A stretch of DNA of 64,000 nucleotides from Candidatus Latescibacterota bacterium (GTDB taxonomy: Bacteria; Latescibacterota; UBA2968; UBA8231): contig OZ244561.1 of NCBI GenBank assembly GCA_965217585.1, positions 1,056,001 to 1,120,000 on the forward strand, in the 5' to 3' direction. Shown here piece by piece: positions 55,079 to 63,949 of this stretch; the first letter of the stretch is position 1; every line of letters starts with the position of its first letter. The position numbers were made by a program, and so were the translations under genes. The notes beneath the pieces were generated by a model. The model saw nothing but the letters and a program-made list of their open reading frames with translations. It made no database searches and was not told the DNA's origin.

Positions 55079-55212
55079 CTTTTATCGCTTCACTTGATAG
55101 GAATGGATTTGACAATACTGTGGAAAGTTTATTTTTTGCAAACGGTTGCTTGACCGCTTATATTATAGCTGCAAGGCAACTCGAAGCGGGTGCCCGCCGA
55201 GCTGTCCCAGAC

Positions 55213-55247
55213 GCGTCCGTGCGGACGGGTTCGAGTACTAGCGTCCC
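55213..55247 (+). repeat. Short imperfect direct repeat upstream of the WD40 gene
   Basis: GCGT-CCGTGCGGACGGGTTCGAGTACTAGCGTCCC matches 60120-60155 at 28/36. Confidence 0.7.
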
Positions 55248-55307
55248 AAGCCCGACAGTGCGGAACAGCCGCGCAACAGTCAATCTCCGGCCAAGGAAGG
55301 ATTTCAG

Positions 55308-58300
55308 ATGAAAAAGTCTCGATTGTTCAACCTCATCCTCTTGTTAGTCGCGCTCCTGTTCGTGCAGGACAGCCACGCCCAGACCATCCTCGAAGGGCAT
55401 AGACGAGATGTCACTTCCGTAGCGTTTTCACCCGATGGCACAACCCTCGCTTCCGGGTCAAAGGACAACACGGTCAAGCTGTGGGATGTAGAAACCAGAG
55501 AAATTATCGCCACCCTTGAGGGGCATACGAGTGATGTGACTTCCGTGGCGTTTTCTCCCGATGGGACACTGCTTGCTTCTGGATCAGAGGATGAAACAAT
55601 CAAGCTGTGGGACGTGGCGACGAAAACAAATATTGCCACCCTCGAAGGGCATAGACGAGATGTCACTTCCGTAGCGTTTTCACCCGATGGCACAACCCTC
55701 GCTTCCGCATCGTGGGATGACACAATCAAGCTGTGGGATGTAGAAACCAGAGAAATTATCGCTACCCTTGAGGGGCATACGAGGGATGTGACTTCCGTGG
55801 CGTTTTCTCCCGATGGGACACTGCTTGCTTCCGGGTCAGAGGACAACACGGTCAAGCTGTGGGATGTGGCGACGCATACAAATATTGCCACCCTTGAAGG
55901 GCATACGAGTTATGTGACTTCTGTGGCATTTTCACACGACGGAACCACCCTCGCTTCCGGGTCAAAGGACAACACGGTCAAGCTGTGGGATGTGGCGACG
56001 AAAACAAATACCGCCACTCTTGCTGGACATACGGGTGACGTCCATTCCGTAGCGTTTTCACCCGATGGGACCACCCTCGCTTCCGCAGGGGGAACGTTTG
56101 ATGAAAAGGTCAAGCTGTGGGATGTGGCTGGACAATATTCTTTCGCCACCTTCGAGCATACGGGTGACGTCCATTCCGTGACATTTTCACCCGACGGGAC
56201 CCTGCTCGCTTCCGGGTCAGAGGACAAGACGGTCAAGCTGTGGGATGTCTCAGAATGGCTGGTTCCCCGTCCTTTTAGGTTAGTGATAATCTCTGGTGAT
56301 GACCAGCAAGGTACGCCCGGTGCTGCATTGCCCCACCCTCTAATCGTTGAAGTCAGAGACAAGGACAATAATCCCCTACCAGATGTACAGGTCACCTTTA
56401 CGGTCACTGCTGGTGCAGGAGAGCTCAGCGGGCAGTTCGCGGTTGAGCACGTAACGACCGATGCCAATGGCCGCGCACAACGGACGCTTACGCTTGGTCC
56501 CGGTCCGGGAACACACACCTTTGTTGGGGTATCTGTCCTTGGGGGTGCGTTGCTGGTGACGTTTAATGCGGTAGGCACTGGAACGCCTGATGTCCTGTTT
56601 TTGCGGGACGGCCTTACCGAGGACACCCTTGAAGGGCATACGAGTGATGTGACTTCAGTGGCGTTTTCGCCCTATGGGACACTGCTCGCTTCCGGGTCAG
56701 ATTATGGCACAGTTGTGCTGTGGGACGTGGCGACGAGCACAAACACGGCCACATTTGAAGATAATGTTTATGGCGTCTATTCTATAGCATTTTCACCCAA
56801 TGGTACAACCCTCGCTACCGCGTCTTTATATCGCATCAAGCTGTGGGACGTGGCGACGGGCACAAATATCGCCATCCTTGCAGGAAAATTTTTCGAATCT
56901 GTGGCGTTCTCACCCGATGGGAAGACTCTTGCTTCCGCATCTTGGGATGGGCTCAAGCTGTGGGATGTGGCGACGCGTAAGAGTACCGCCATACTTGAAG
57001 AGACGCCTTATGGTCGTGTCTATTCTATGGCGTTTTCACCCGATGGCACACTCGCCACCGCGTCAGATGAAGGCACGATCAAGCTATGGGACATAGCGAC
57101 TGGAAATTCCGCCACCCTTAAAGGGCATACGGATAATGTCTATTCTGTGGCGTTTTCATCCGATGGCACGCTGCTTGCCTCTGGATCAGAGGATGGCACG
57201 GTCAAGCTGTGGGATGTGGTGAGGCGTACAGATACCGCCACCCTTAAAGGGCATACGCTGGCAGTCACTTCTGTGGCATTTTCACCCAATAGCGCAACCA
57301 TCATATCCGGGTCAGAGGATGGCACGGTCAAGCTGTGGGATGTGGCGACGGGCACAAATACCGCCATACTTGATGGGCATACAGATGAGGTTCTTTCGGT
57401 GGCATTCTCGCCCCATGGGACGATTGTCGCGTCTGGATCAAAGGATAATACGGTCAAACTGTGGGATGTGGCTGAGGCGGTTCAGCCACAGTCTTTCGGG
57501 TTGGTGAAAATCTCAGGCGATGACCAGCAAGGCATACCTGGTGCCACGTTGCCCAACCCCCTAATCGTTGAAGTGAAAGATCAGTACGGTAATCCCTTAC
57601 CAAGTGCTCAAGTCACTTTTACGGTCACCGCCGGTGAGGGGAAGCTCAGTGGTCAGTTCACAGTTGAGCAGGCAACAACCGATGCCAATGGCCGCGCAGA
57701 ACGGACGCTTACGCTTGGTCCCGGTCCGGGAACATACACTCTTGTTAGGGTATCTGATGGGCGCAGGCTGGTGATATTTACTGTTGGGACGCCTGACGTG
57801 CCACGTAGCAGGGACGGTGATTATTGGACATGGCATTTACCCGATGGCGTAATCGCACGTTTGGGTAAAGGTTTGATATTGGATATAGCGTACTCAGCCG
57901 ATGGTACGCGGTTGGCAGTGGGCAGTGGCATCGGTGTTTGGGTCTATAATGCACTCACCGGCGACGAGATCGACTTCCTAACGGAGCATACATCTGCAGT
58001 CCGCAGCGTCGCGTTCAACCCAGATGGCAGCACACTCGCCAGTGGCGAGTGGGACGGTACAATCCATCTGTGGGATGCGGACACAGGACAGCACTTGAAA
58101 ACGATCACAGGGCATACATCTGCAGTCCGCAGCGTCGCGTTCAACCCAGATGGTAGCACACTCGCTAGTGGCAGTCAGGGCGGTACAATCCGTCTGTGGG
58201 ATGCGGACACAGGACAGCACTTGAGAGGGCTCACTACGCAGGATGTATTTGGAAATGCGGAGATCGTCAATAGTATCGCGTTCAGGCCGGATGGCAGCAC

Positions 58301-60119
58301 ACTCGCTAGCGCTGGAAAATCTTTCCTTAGTAGTGTAATCCATCTGTGGGATGCGGACACAGGACGGCATTTGGAAACGATTACAGCGCCTGGGGCAGGC
58401 GGATTCTGGAGTGTCGCATTCAGCCCGGAGGGTAGCAGGCTCGTCAGTCCCAGTCAGGTTCTCCCGGGATTTCGCCGAGGCGACCTCTATCTGTGGGATG
58501 CGGATACAGGACGGCGTTTGGAAAGGTTGGAGCATAGGGATAATTTTTCTGAGCCTACCTATTATTATAGCGCCGCGTTCAGCCCGGAGGGCAACACACT
58601 CGTCAGTGGAGGCGGAAAGTTTTTTGGAGGAGGTAATATTGATCTGTGGGATGCGGACACATGGCAGCACCAGCAGAGGCTCTCAGGACATTCGTGGCCT
58701 GTGCGGAGTGTCGCGTTCAGCCCGGAGGGGAAGAGGTTCGCCAGTGGAGGTGGGGAGGAACTCCTTCTGTGGGATGCTACGGGACTGCCCTTGAACACGG
58801 TCCTTGGGCATAACTGGTTGGGTCGAAGCGTCGCACTTAGCGCGGATGGCACACTCGCCAGTGGCGGTTGGGGCGGCACAATTGATCTGTGGGATGTGGA
58901 TACAGGACAGCCCTTGAAAACGATCACAGGGCATACATCTACAGTCCGCAGCGTCGCGTTCAACCCAGATGGCAGCACACTCGCTAGTGCGGTTGGCCCA
59001 AATCTTCGGCTATGGGATGTGGTCACAGGACAGCATAAAAAGAATCTGATCGAGAATAGATCCTATGGACAAGGCTCCGGCATCGGCATTGGTATTGGTG
59101 GCTTCGGATTCGGTGACACCAGCGGCGGTCTCACTGGTATTAGAGTTGGAGGCATTACCCTCGGTTTTAGTGTCGGCGGTGGTAGTACCTATAGACCTCC
59201 TGATATTTTGTCGGTCGTATTCTCAAGGGATGGCAGTATGCTCGCGGTTGGGGATGAGGCAAATAGAATTAAATTGATAGATGTTGACACGGAACGGGTA
59301 CTGAACACGCTCGAAGGCCATACAGATGATGTCTGGGGCGTCGCATTCAGCCTGGATGGCACGCTGGCTAGTGGGAGCGCAGACGGCACCATTCGTCTGT
59401 GGGATATCACCACCGGACAGTCCCTGAACACGCTCGAAGGCCATATAGATGATGTCTGGGGCGTCGCATTCAGCCTGGATGGCACGCTGGCTAGTGGGAG
59501 CGCAGACGGCACCATTCGTCTGTGGGATGTTATCACTGGACAACTCAAGCAGACGCTTGAAGGGCATACGGATGATGTCCGGAGCGTCGCATTCAGCCCG
59601 GATGGCCACTCGCTCGCCAGTGGAAGTCTGGACCGTACCATTCGTCTGTGGGATGTCTCCACAGGACAGCTCAAGGAGACGCTCGAAGGGCATATGTCTG
59701 AAGTCTGGAGCGTTGCGTTTAGTCGGGATGGCAGCATACTCGCCAGTGGAAGTTTGGACGGCACGATTTTGCTGTGGGACGTGGCCGAATGGACAAATTC
59801 GGGAACTACCGTCGCGGCGAATAAGTTGATCGGCCTGCCGGATGAACTCCAGTTGCAGCAGAACGCGCCCAACCCGTTCAACAGCCAGACGGTCATCTCC
59901 TACTTCCTGCCAAAATCGGGCCCGACGCGCCTAGAAGTGTTTTCAGTGACCGGTCAGCGGGTGGCGGTCTTGCGCCAAGGGCACCAGCAGGCTGGCTACC
60001 ACCAGCTCCACTGGAATGCCCGCGACAGCGCAGGCCGTCCCCTAGCCAGCGGCATTTACCTGTACAGGCTGGTGACAGACGAGGGTATCTTGACGCGCAA
60101 ACTCACCCTGCTACGTTAA
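55308..60119 (+). CDS. Secreted 1603-aa WD40-repeat protein with two Ig-like (Big_1-like) modules and a C-terminal T9SS-A/FlgD-like domain
   Basis: Signal peptide, many GH...V.SVAFSPDG..LASGS.D.T.KLWD repeats, two ISGDDQQG.PG..L..PL.VEV modules, and QNAPNPFN...W..RD..G...ASGIY.Y.L...RKLTLLR. Confidence 0.95.
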   Translation: MKKSRLFNLILLLVALLFVQDSHAQTILEGHRRDVTSVAFSPDGTTLASGSKDNTVKLWDVETREIIATLEGHTSDVTSVAFSPDGTLLASGSEDETIKLWDVATKTNIATLEGHRRDVTSVAFSPDGTTLASASWDDTIKLWDVETREIIATLEGHTRDVTSVAFSPDGTLLASGSEDNTVKLWDVATHTNIATLEGHTSYVTSVAFSHDGTTLASGSKDNTVKLWDVATKTNTATLAGHTGDVHSVAFSPDGTTLASAGGTFDEKVKLWDVAGQYSFATFEHTGDVHSVTFSPDGTLLASGSEDKTVKLWDVSEWLVPRPFRLVIISGDDQQGTPGAALPHPLIVEVRDKDNNPLPDVQVTFTVTAGAGELSGQFAVEHVTTDANGRAQRTLTLGPGPGTHTFVGVSVLGGALLVTFNAVGTGTPDVLFLRDGLTEDTLEGHTSDVTSVAFSPYGTLLASGSDYGTVVLWDVATSTNTATFEDNVYGVYSIAFSPNGTTLATASLYRIKLWDVATGTNIAILAGKFFESVAFSPDGKTLASASWDGLKLWDVATRKSTAILEETPYGRVYSMAFSPDGTLATASDEGTIKLWDIATGNSATLKGHTDNVYSVAFSSDGTLLASGSEDGTVKLWDVVRRTDTATLKGHTLAVTSVAFSPNSATIISGSEDGTVKLWDVATGTNTAILDGHTDEVLSVAFSPHGTIVASGSKDNTVKLWDVAEAVQPQSFGLVKISGDDQQGIPGATLPNPLIVEVKDQYGNPLPSAQVTFTVTAGEGKLSGQFTVEQATTDANGRAERTLTLGPGPGTYTLVRVSDGRRLVIFTVGTPDVPRSRDGDYWTWHLPDGVIARLGKGLILDIAYSADGTRLAVGSGIGVWVYNALTGDEIDFLTEHTSAVRSVAFNPDGSTLASGEWDGTIHLWDADTGQHLKTITGHTSAVRSVAFNPDGSTLASGSQGGTIRLWDADTGQHLRGLTTQDVFGNAEIVNSIAFRPDGSTLASAGKSFLSSVIHLWDADTGRHLETITAPGAGGFWSVAFSPEGSRLVSPSQVLPGFRRGDLYLWDADTGRRLERLEHRDNFSEPTYYYSAAFSPEGNTLVSGGGKFFGGGNIDLWDADTWQHQQRLSGHSWPVRSVAFSPEGKRFASGGGEELLLWDATGLPLNTVLGHNWLGRSVALSADGTLASGGWGGTIDLWDVDTGQPLKTITGHTSTVRSVAFNPDGSTLASAVGPNLRLWDVVTGQHKKNLIENRSYGQGSGIGIGIGGFGFGDTSGGLTGIRVGGITLGFSVGGGSTYRPPDILSVVFSRDGSMLAVGDEANRIKLIDVDTERVLNTLEGHTDDVWGVAFSLDGTLASGSADGTIRLWDITTGQSLNTLEGHIDDVWGVAFSLDGTLASGSADGTIRLWDVITGQLKQTLEGHTDDVRSVAFSPDGHSLASGSLDRTIRLWDVSTGQLKETLEGHMSEVWSVAFSRDGSILASGSLDGTILLWDVAEWTNSGTTVAANKLIGLPDELQLQQNAPNPFNSQTVISYFLPKSGPTRLEVFSVTGQRVAVLRQGHQQAGYHQLHWNARDSAGRPLASGIYLYRLVTDEGILTRKLTLLR

Positions 60120-60155
60120 GCGTACCGTGCGCCAAGGTTCAAGTGCTAGCGGCCC
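60120..60155 (+). repeat. Short imperfect direct repeat immediately after the WD40 stop codon
   Basis: GCGTACCGTGCGCCAAGGTTCAAGTGCTAGCGGCCC, partner of 55213-55247. Confidence 0.7.
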
Positions 60156-60177
60156 GATATAGGCTCGAAAGTACATG

Positions 60178-60261
60178 GAACAGCGCATGGCCAACGACGG
60201 CCACCTCAAAAAACTAGCGGCAAAGGCGCGGGCCGAGATGCCCGAGCCGTCGCGGGGATAG
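60178..60261 (+). pseudogene. Duplicated 3' fragment of the PhyH gene
   Basis: EQRMANDGHLKKLAAKARAEMPEPSRG* versus KQRMANDGHLKELAAKARAEMAEPSRG*. Confidence 0.92.
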
Positions 60262-60268
60262 GGAAATC

Positions 60269-61195
60269 ATGAGCGACCACTACGAATTCAAGATGGGGAT
60301 CTACCTCGGAGAGCTGCAGCAGCCATTCGAGCAATCGCTGGCCACAGCGCGCGACCTCGGCGCGCACTACATCTGGTGCGGCACCCACTCCGACAATCGC
60401 AGCTTCTACGAGCTTTCCGACGGCGAGATAGACCAAGCCGCCGCGCAGGTCGCTGCACACGGTCTCGAGTTTTTCCTGCTCGACGGCGCGGGGTTGTTCA
60501 AGACAGTGCATCTCGCCGAGCTTGAGCCGGGCAAAATGCTCAAACACGCCCAGTTCAAGGATCATTTCACCAAGCTGGAACGGTCGATGGAGGTTTCGGC
60601 CCGCTTGGGGATCGGCGTGGTCGGCTGCAGCAGCTTCGCCTGGCCGGCCGAGTACACCGGCAGCAAGCCAACCTGGCCGATGCGCTGGGCGACCCGTGGC
60701 GGCATCATCTCCGACGGCGACATGGAAAAGCTCGTCGAGGCGTTCTCCATGTTCGCCGACCTCGCTGAGAAATACGATGTCGATATCGCCTTCCTGATGA
60801 TGCAGTGGAACTACGGCAACACCAGCCGCAACTTCCGCCGCATCGTCGAAGCCGTAGGCTCGCGGCGCTTCAAGGTGCTCTGGTGTCCAGCGGACAACTA
60901 CAACTGCGGCGAAATCGACAACGCCACCGCCGGCTTCGAAAACCTGCGCCCCTACCTGCACGGCGTCCACGCCAAGGACCTGCGCACCCTAAACGGCGCA
61001 AAGCTCGAATTCGAGTACGCGCCCATCGGCGAGGGCCACGTCGATTACCCGACGATCCTGCGCAACCTGCGCGACAACCGCTGTGACGTCGTCCTGTCGA
61101 TCGCCACCCACTTCCTGCCGGCCAGCGGCTCACGGCTCGAAGCCATGCAGACGAACTACGCTAATATCCGCAGGCTGATCGGCGAGTTGGCGTAG
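60269..61195 (+). CDS. Xylose isomerase-like/AP endonuclease 2 TIM-barrel protein (copy 2, intact start)
   Basis: MSDHYEFKMGIYLGE...; about 95% identical to copy 1. Confidence 0.88.
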   Translation: MSDHYEFKMGIYLGELQQPFEQSLATARDLGAHYIWCGTHSDNRSFYELSDGEIDQAAAQVAAHGLEFFLLDGAGLFKTVHLAELEPGKMLKHAQFKDHFTKLERSMEVSARLGIGVVGCSSFAWPAEYTGSKPTWPMRWATRGGIISDGDMEKLVEAFSMFADLAEKYDVDIAFLMMQWNYGNTSRNFRRIVEAVGSRRFKVLWCPADNYNCGEIDNATAGFENLRPYLHGVHAKDLRTLNGAKLEFEYAPIGEGHVDYPTILRNLRDNRCDVVLSIATHFLPASGSRLEAMQTNYANIRRLIGELA

Positions 61196-61244
61196 CCTTC
61201 CTATCTCGGCGACTCAAGACACCGAGATATAAGGAGTATGACCT

Positions 61245-63437
61245 GTGAAGTATTTGATCGGCTGTTTCATCGGATTGGTGCTGAGCGTGAGCGTCGGCGC
61301 AGAATCTCTCCTTGAAGGCCGGGTGCGGCTGTCGTCTGGGCAGCCAGCCATTGGCGCACAGGTGCGGCTGTTTGACTTGACCGATCTGCGTCGGTTTGTC
61401 GGCACGACCACGGACGAGACTGGGCGTTTCGCACTGCCGCTGCGAGCACTCTCTACGGCAAGGGGCACGGCTCTGCCGACCGACTTTGCGCTGGGGCAGA
61501 ATTACCCCAATCCGTTCAATCCTTCGACTGTCATTCCCTATCAATTGCCGACGGCTGCTCATGTGCGGCTGGAGGTGTTCAATCTGCTGGGGCAGCGTTT
61601 GGCGACGTTAGTGGATGGGGTGCGGTCGGCAGGGGTGCATATGGTGCAATGGGATGCTACGGATGCAGCGGGGCGAGCCGTGGGCGCAGGGGTGTATATC
61701 TACCGGCTGAGCAGCGATGATCAGACGGAGAGTCGGCGGATGGTGTTGGTGGATGGGCAGGCCGGGATTCCAGCGGCTCAGGGGCCGGTGCGGTCGGCGG
61801 TCGAGGATTTAGTGGCAGCGGATGGCTCGGTCTATGGGCTGACTATCTCGGGCGAAGGATTGGTTGCGTATGTGAACCCGGCTTTTCGGATGGGGATTGA
61901 CGGGGCGGACATTGTGATCGAAGAGCACGGCGGCATCCCACGAATGAAGGTGGCCGCGGGCGGGTTATTAGGGGATGTGAACAACGATGGGCAAGTCGAT
62001 ATCTCGGATGTGCTGTACATACTATTATATATTATGGCAGACTCCTCCATTATTCTTCCCAACAACGGCGACATTTCCCTCGGCGATATAAACAACGATG
62101 GCACGGTCGATTTGGCCGACCTCTTGCTCCTCGTCCGCTACACCGACAATCCGTCCGATCCGACGTTGCCGCTGATCGGCGATGATCATGGCGACGCGCT
62201 CTCTGAGGCGACGGAGGTGCCTTTGGGGAGTTCGACTGTTGGCTCGATATCGGAGGGTGATGTGGATTATTTTCGCCTTGAGATGAGCACTGCGGGCGTC
62301 TTGTCGGCTTCTGTGACGAGCAGCATGGGTGCCTACACCTTCATTTTGGATAGCTCTGGCAACATCTTGGCTAGGGATGGCGATTCCGATGCGGGTTTCA
62401 ATTTCCAAATTCTTGTTCCCGTCAGTTCAGGTACTTACTACATCCATGTAGAGGCGTACAGATCGACGACAGACTATACGCTTGATGTGCGGAGTCTCAG
62501 CAGCGCTAGCAACATCGCAACGAACCTCACCCAGAACGCCAGTGACGACTGGGCTCCTGTTTGGTCTCCCGACGGCCAACGCCTCGCCTTCGCGTCCAAT
62601 CGCGATGGCAACACAGAGGTCTATGTCATGGCCGCCGACGGCACCAACCCCACCAACCTCACACAGAACGCCGACACCGACGGGTGGAATCTCGTTTGGT
62701 CCCCCAACGGCCAACGCCTCGCCTTCACGTCTGAGCGCGACGGCAACACGGAGGTCTATGTGATGGCCGCCGACGGTACCGATCCCACCAACCTGACCCA
62801 AAACGCTGGCGACGACTGGGCTCCTGTATGGTCTCCCGACGGCCAGCGCCTCGCCTTCGCGTCCAATCGCGATGGCAACACAGAGGTCTATGTCATGGCT
62901 GCCGACGGCACCGACCCCACCAACCTCACGCAGAACGTCGGTGACGACTGGGCTCCTGTTTGGTCTCCCGACGGCCAACGCCTCGCCTTCGCGTCCAATC
63001 GCGACGGCAACACAGAGGTCTATGTCATGGCTGCCGACGGTACCGACCCCACCAACCTGACCCAAAACGCTGGCGACGACTGGGCTCCTGTTTGGTCTCC
63101 CGACGGCCAGCGCCTCGCCTTCGCGTCCAATCGCGATGGCAACATAGAGGTCTATGTCATGGCTGCCGACGGCACCGACCCCACTAGCCTCACATACCAC
63201 TTCAGCGGTGAGTGGGCTCCTGTATGGTCTCCGGATGGCCAACGCCTCGCCTTCTTGTCCGATCGCGATGGCAACACGGAGGTCTATGTGATGTCCGCCG
63301 ACGGCAGCAACCCAACCAACCTCACGCAGAACGTCGGTGACGACTGGTCTCCTGTATGGTCTCCGGATGGCCAACGCCTCGCCTTCTTGTCCAATCGCGA
63401 CGGCAACACAGAGGTTTATGTCGTAGACGTCGACTAG
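61245..63437 (+). CDS. Secreted protein: N-proximal T9SS-A/FlgD-like domain, dockerin-like, PPC-like, and seven TolB/PD40 repeats
   Basis: Signal peptide, QNYPNPFNPST...WDATD..G....GVY.YRL, GDVNNDGQVDISD / GDINNDGTVDLAD, DDHGD...DVDYF, and 7x TNLTQN.GDDWAPVWSPDGQRLAFASNRDGNTEVYVM. Confidence 0.92.
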   Translation: MKYLIGCFIGLVLSVSVGAESLLEGRVRLSSGQPAIGAQVRLFDLTDLRRFVGTTTDETGRFALPLRALSTARGTALPTDFALGQNYPNPFNPSTVIPYQLPTAAHVRLEVFNLLGQRLATLVDGVRSAGVHMVQWDATDAAGRAVGAGVYIYRLSSDDQTESRRMVLVDGQAGIPAAQGPVRSAVEDLVAADGSVYGLTISGEGLVAYVNPAFRMGIDGADIVIEEHGGIPRMKVAAGGLLGDVNNDGQVDISDVLYILLYIMADSSIILPNNGDISLGDINNDGTVDLADLLLLVRYTDNPSDPTLPLIGDDHGDALSEATEVPLGSSTVGSISEGDVDYFRLEMSTAGVLSASVTSSMGAYTFILDSSGNILARDGDSDAGFNFQILVPVSSGTYYIHVEAYRSTTDYTLDVRSLSSASNIATNLTQNASDDWAPVWSPDGQRLAFASNRDGNTEVYVMAADGTNPTNLTQNADTDGWNLVWSPNGQRLAFTSERDGNTEVYVMAADGTDPTNLTQNAGDDWAPVWSPDGQRLAFASNRDGNTEVYVMAADGTDPTNLTQNVGDDWAPVWSPDGQRLAFASNRDGNTEVYVMAADGTDPTNLTQNAGDDWAPVWSPDGQRLAFASNRDGNIEVYVMAADGTDPTSLTYHFSGEWAPVWSPDGQRLAFLSDRDGNTEVYVMSADGSNPTNLTQNVGDDWSPVWSPDGQRLAFLSNRDGNTEVYVVDVD
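62520..63434 (+). repeat. Intragenic tandem repeat, 7 units of ~132 bp
   Basis: Near-identical 44-codon units. Unit 2 has one extra codon. Confidence 0.92.
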
Positions 63438-63481
63438 CTCAGTCTTCGGGGGCGAGATACGCTTCGGTGCCCTGAATTGCT

Positions 63482-63711
63482 TCCACGCCAAGGACCTGCG
63501 CACCATAAACGGCCCAAAGCTCGAATTCGAGTACGCGCCAATCGGCGAGGGAGACGTGGACTACCCGACGATCCTGCGCAACCTGCGCGACAACCGCTGC
63601 GACGTCGTCCTGTTGATCGCCACTCACTTTCTACCGGCAAGCGGCTCGCGGCTCGAAGCCATGCAGACGGACTACGCCAACATCCGCAGGCTAATCGACG
63701 AGTTGTCGTAG
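63482..63711 (+). pseudogene. Third, 3'-only fragment of the TIM-barrel gene
   Basis: HAKDLRTINGPKLEFEYAPIGEGDVDYPTILRNLRDNRCDVVLLIATHF...DELS*. Collinear with 60966-61195 and followed by TATCGCTTCACT, as after copy 1. Confidence 0.93.
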
Positions 63712-63840
63712 ATTCTATCGCTTCACTCGAAACGCACTTCCGGGCCGACGGATCGCTTCACTGACAACCTATAAGCGCGTTTGGAGTTCGACCAAGCGAC
63801 GGATGCAATCCGGTGCTTATCGCCGTAGCGAAAAAATTTC

Positions 63841-63869
63841 TTGACATCTTGTCTTACATTGAATAGGCT
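63841..63869 (+). promoter_or_regulatory. Sigma70-like promoter
   Basis: TTGACA, N17, TAGGCT upstream of the edge CDS. Confidence 0.55.
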
Positions 63870-63949
63870 GTCTATTTTTCATCGTCCTGTAGGATACCCT
63901 ATCCCGGCTGGAGACGGCCTGTTTCCACTCAATCTAAGGAGGAAGAATC

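Noticed and set aside
55200-55270. tRNA or tRNA fragment (GGTTCGAGT)
   Set aside because: No T-stem closure, acceptor stem, D-arm or CCA. Kept only as a direct repeat.
62427-63506. Long antisense ORF with repeats (also 55304-55891, 55910-56626 and 59189-59896)
   Set aside because: Shadow frames of the repetitive TolB and WD40 genes.
36617-63711. Diversity-generating retroelement TR/VR pairs among the duplicated segments
   Set aside because: No reverse transcriptase in the window, and mismatches between copies are not adenine-specific.
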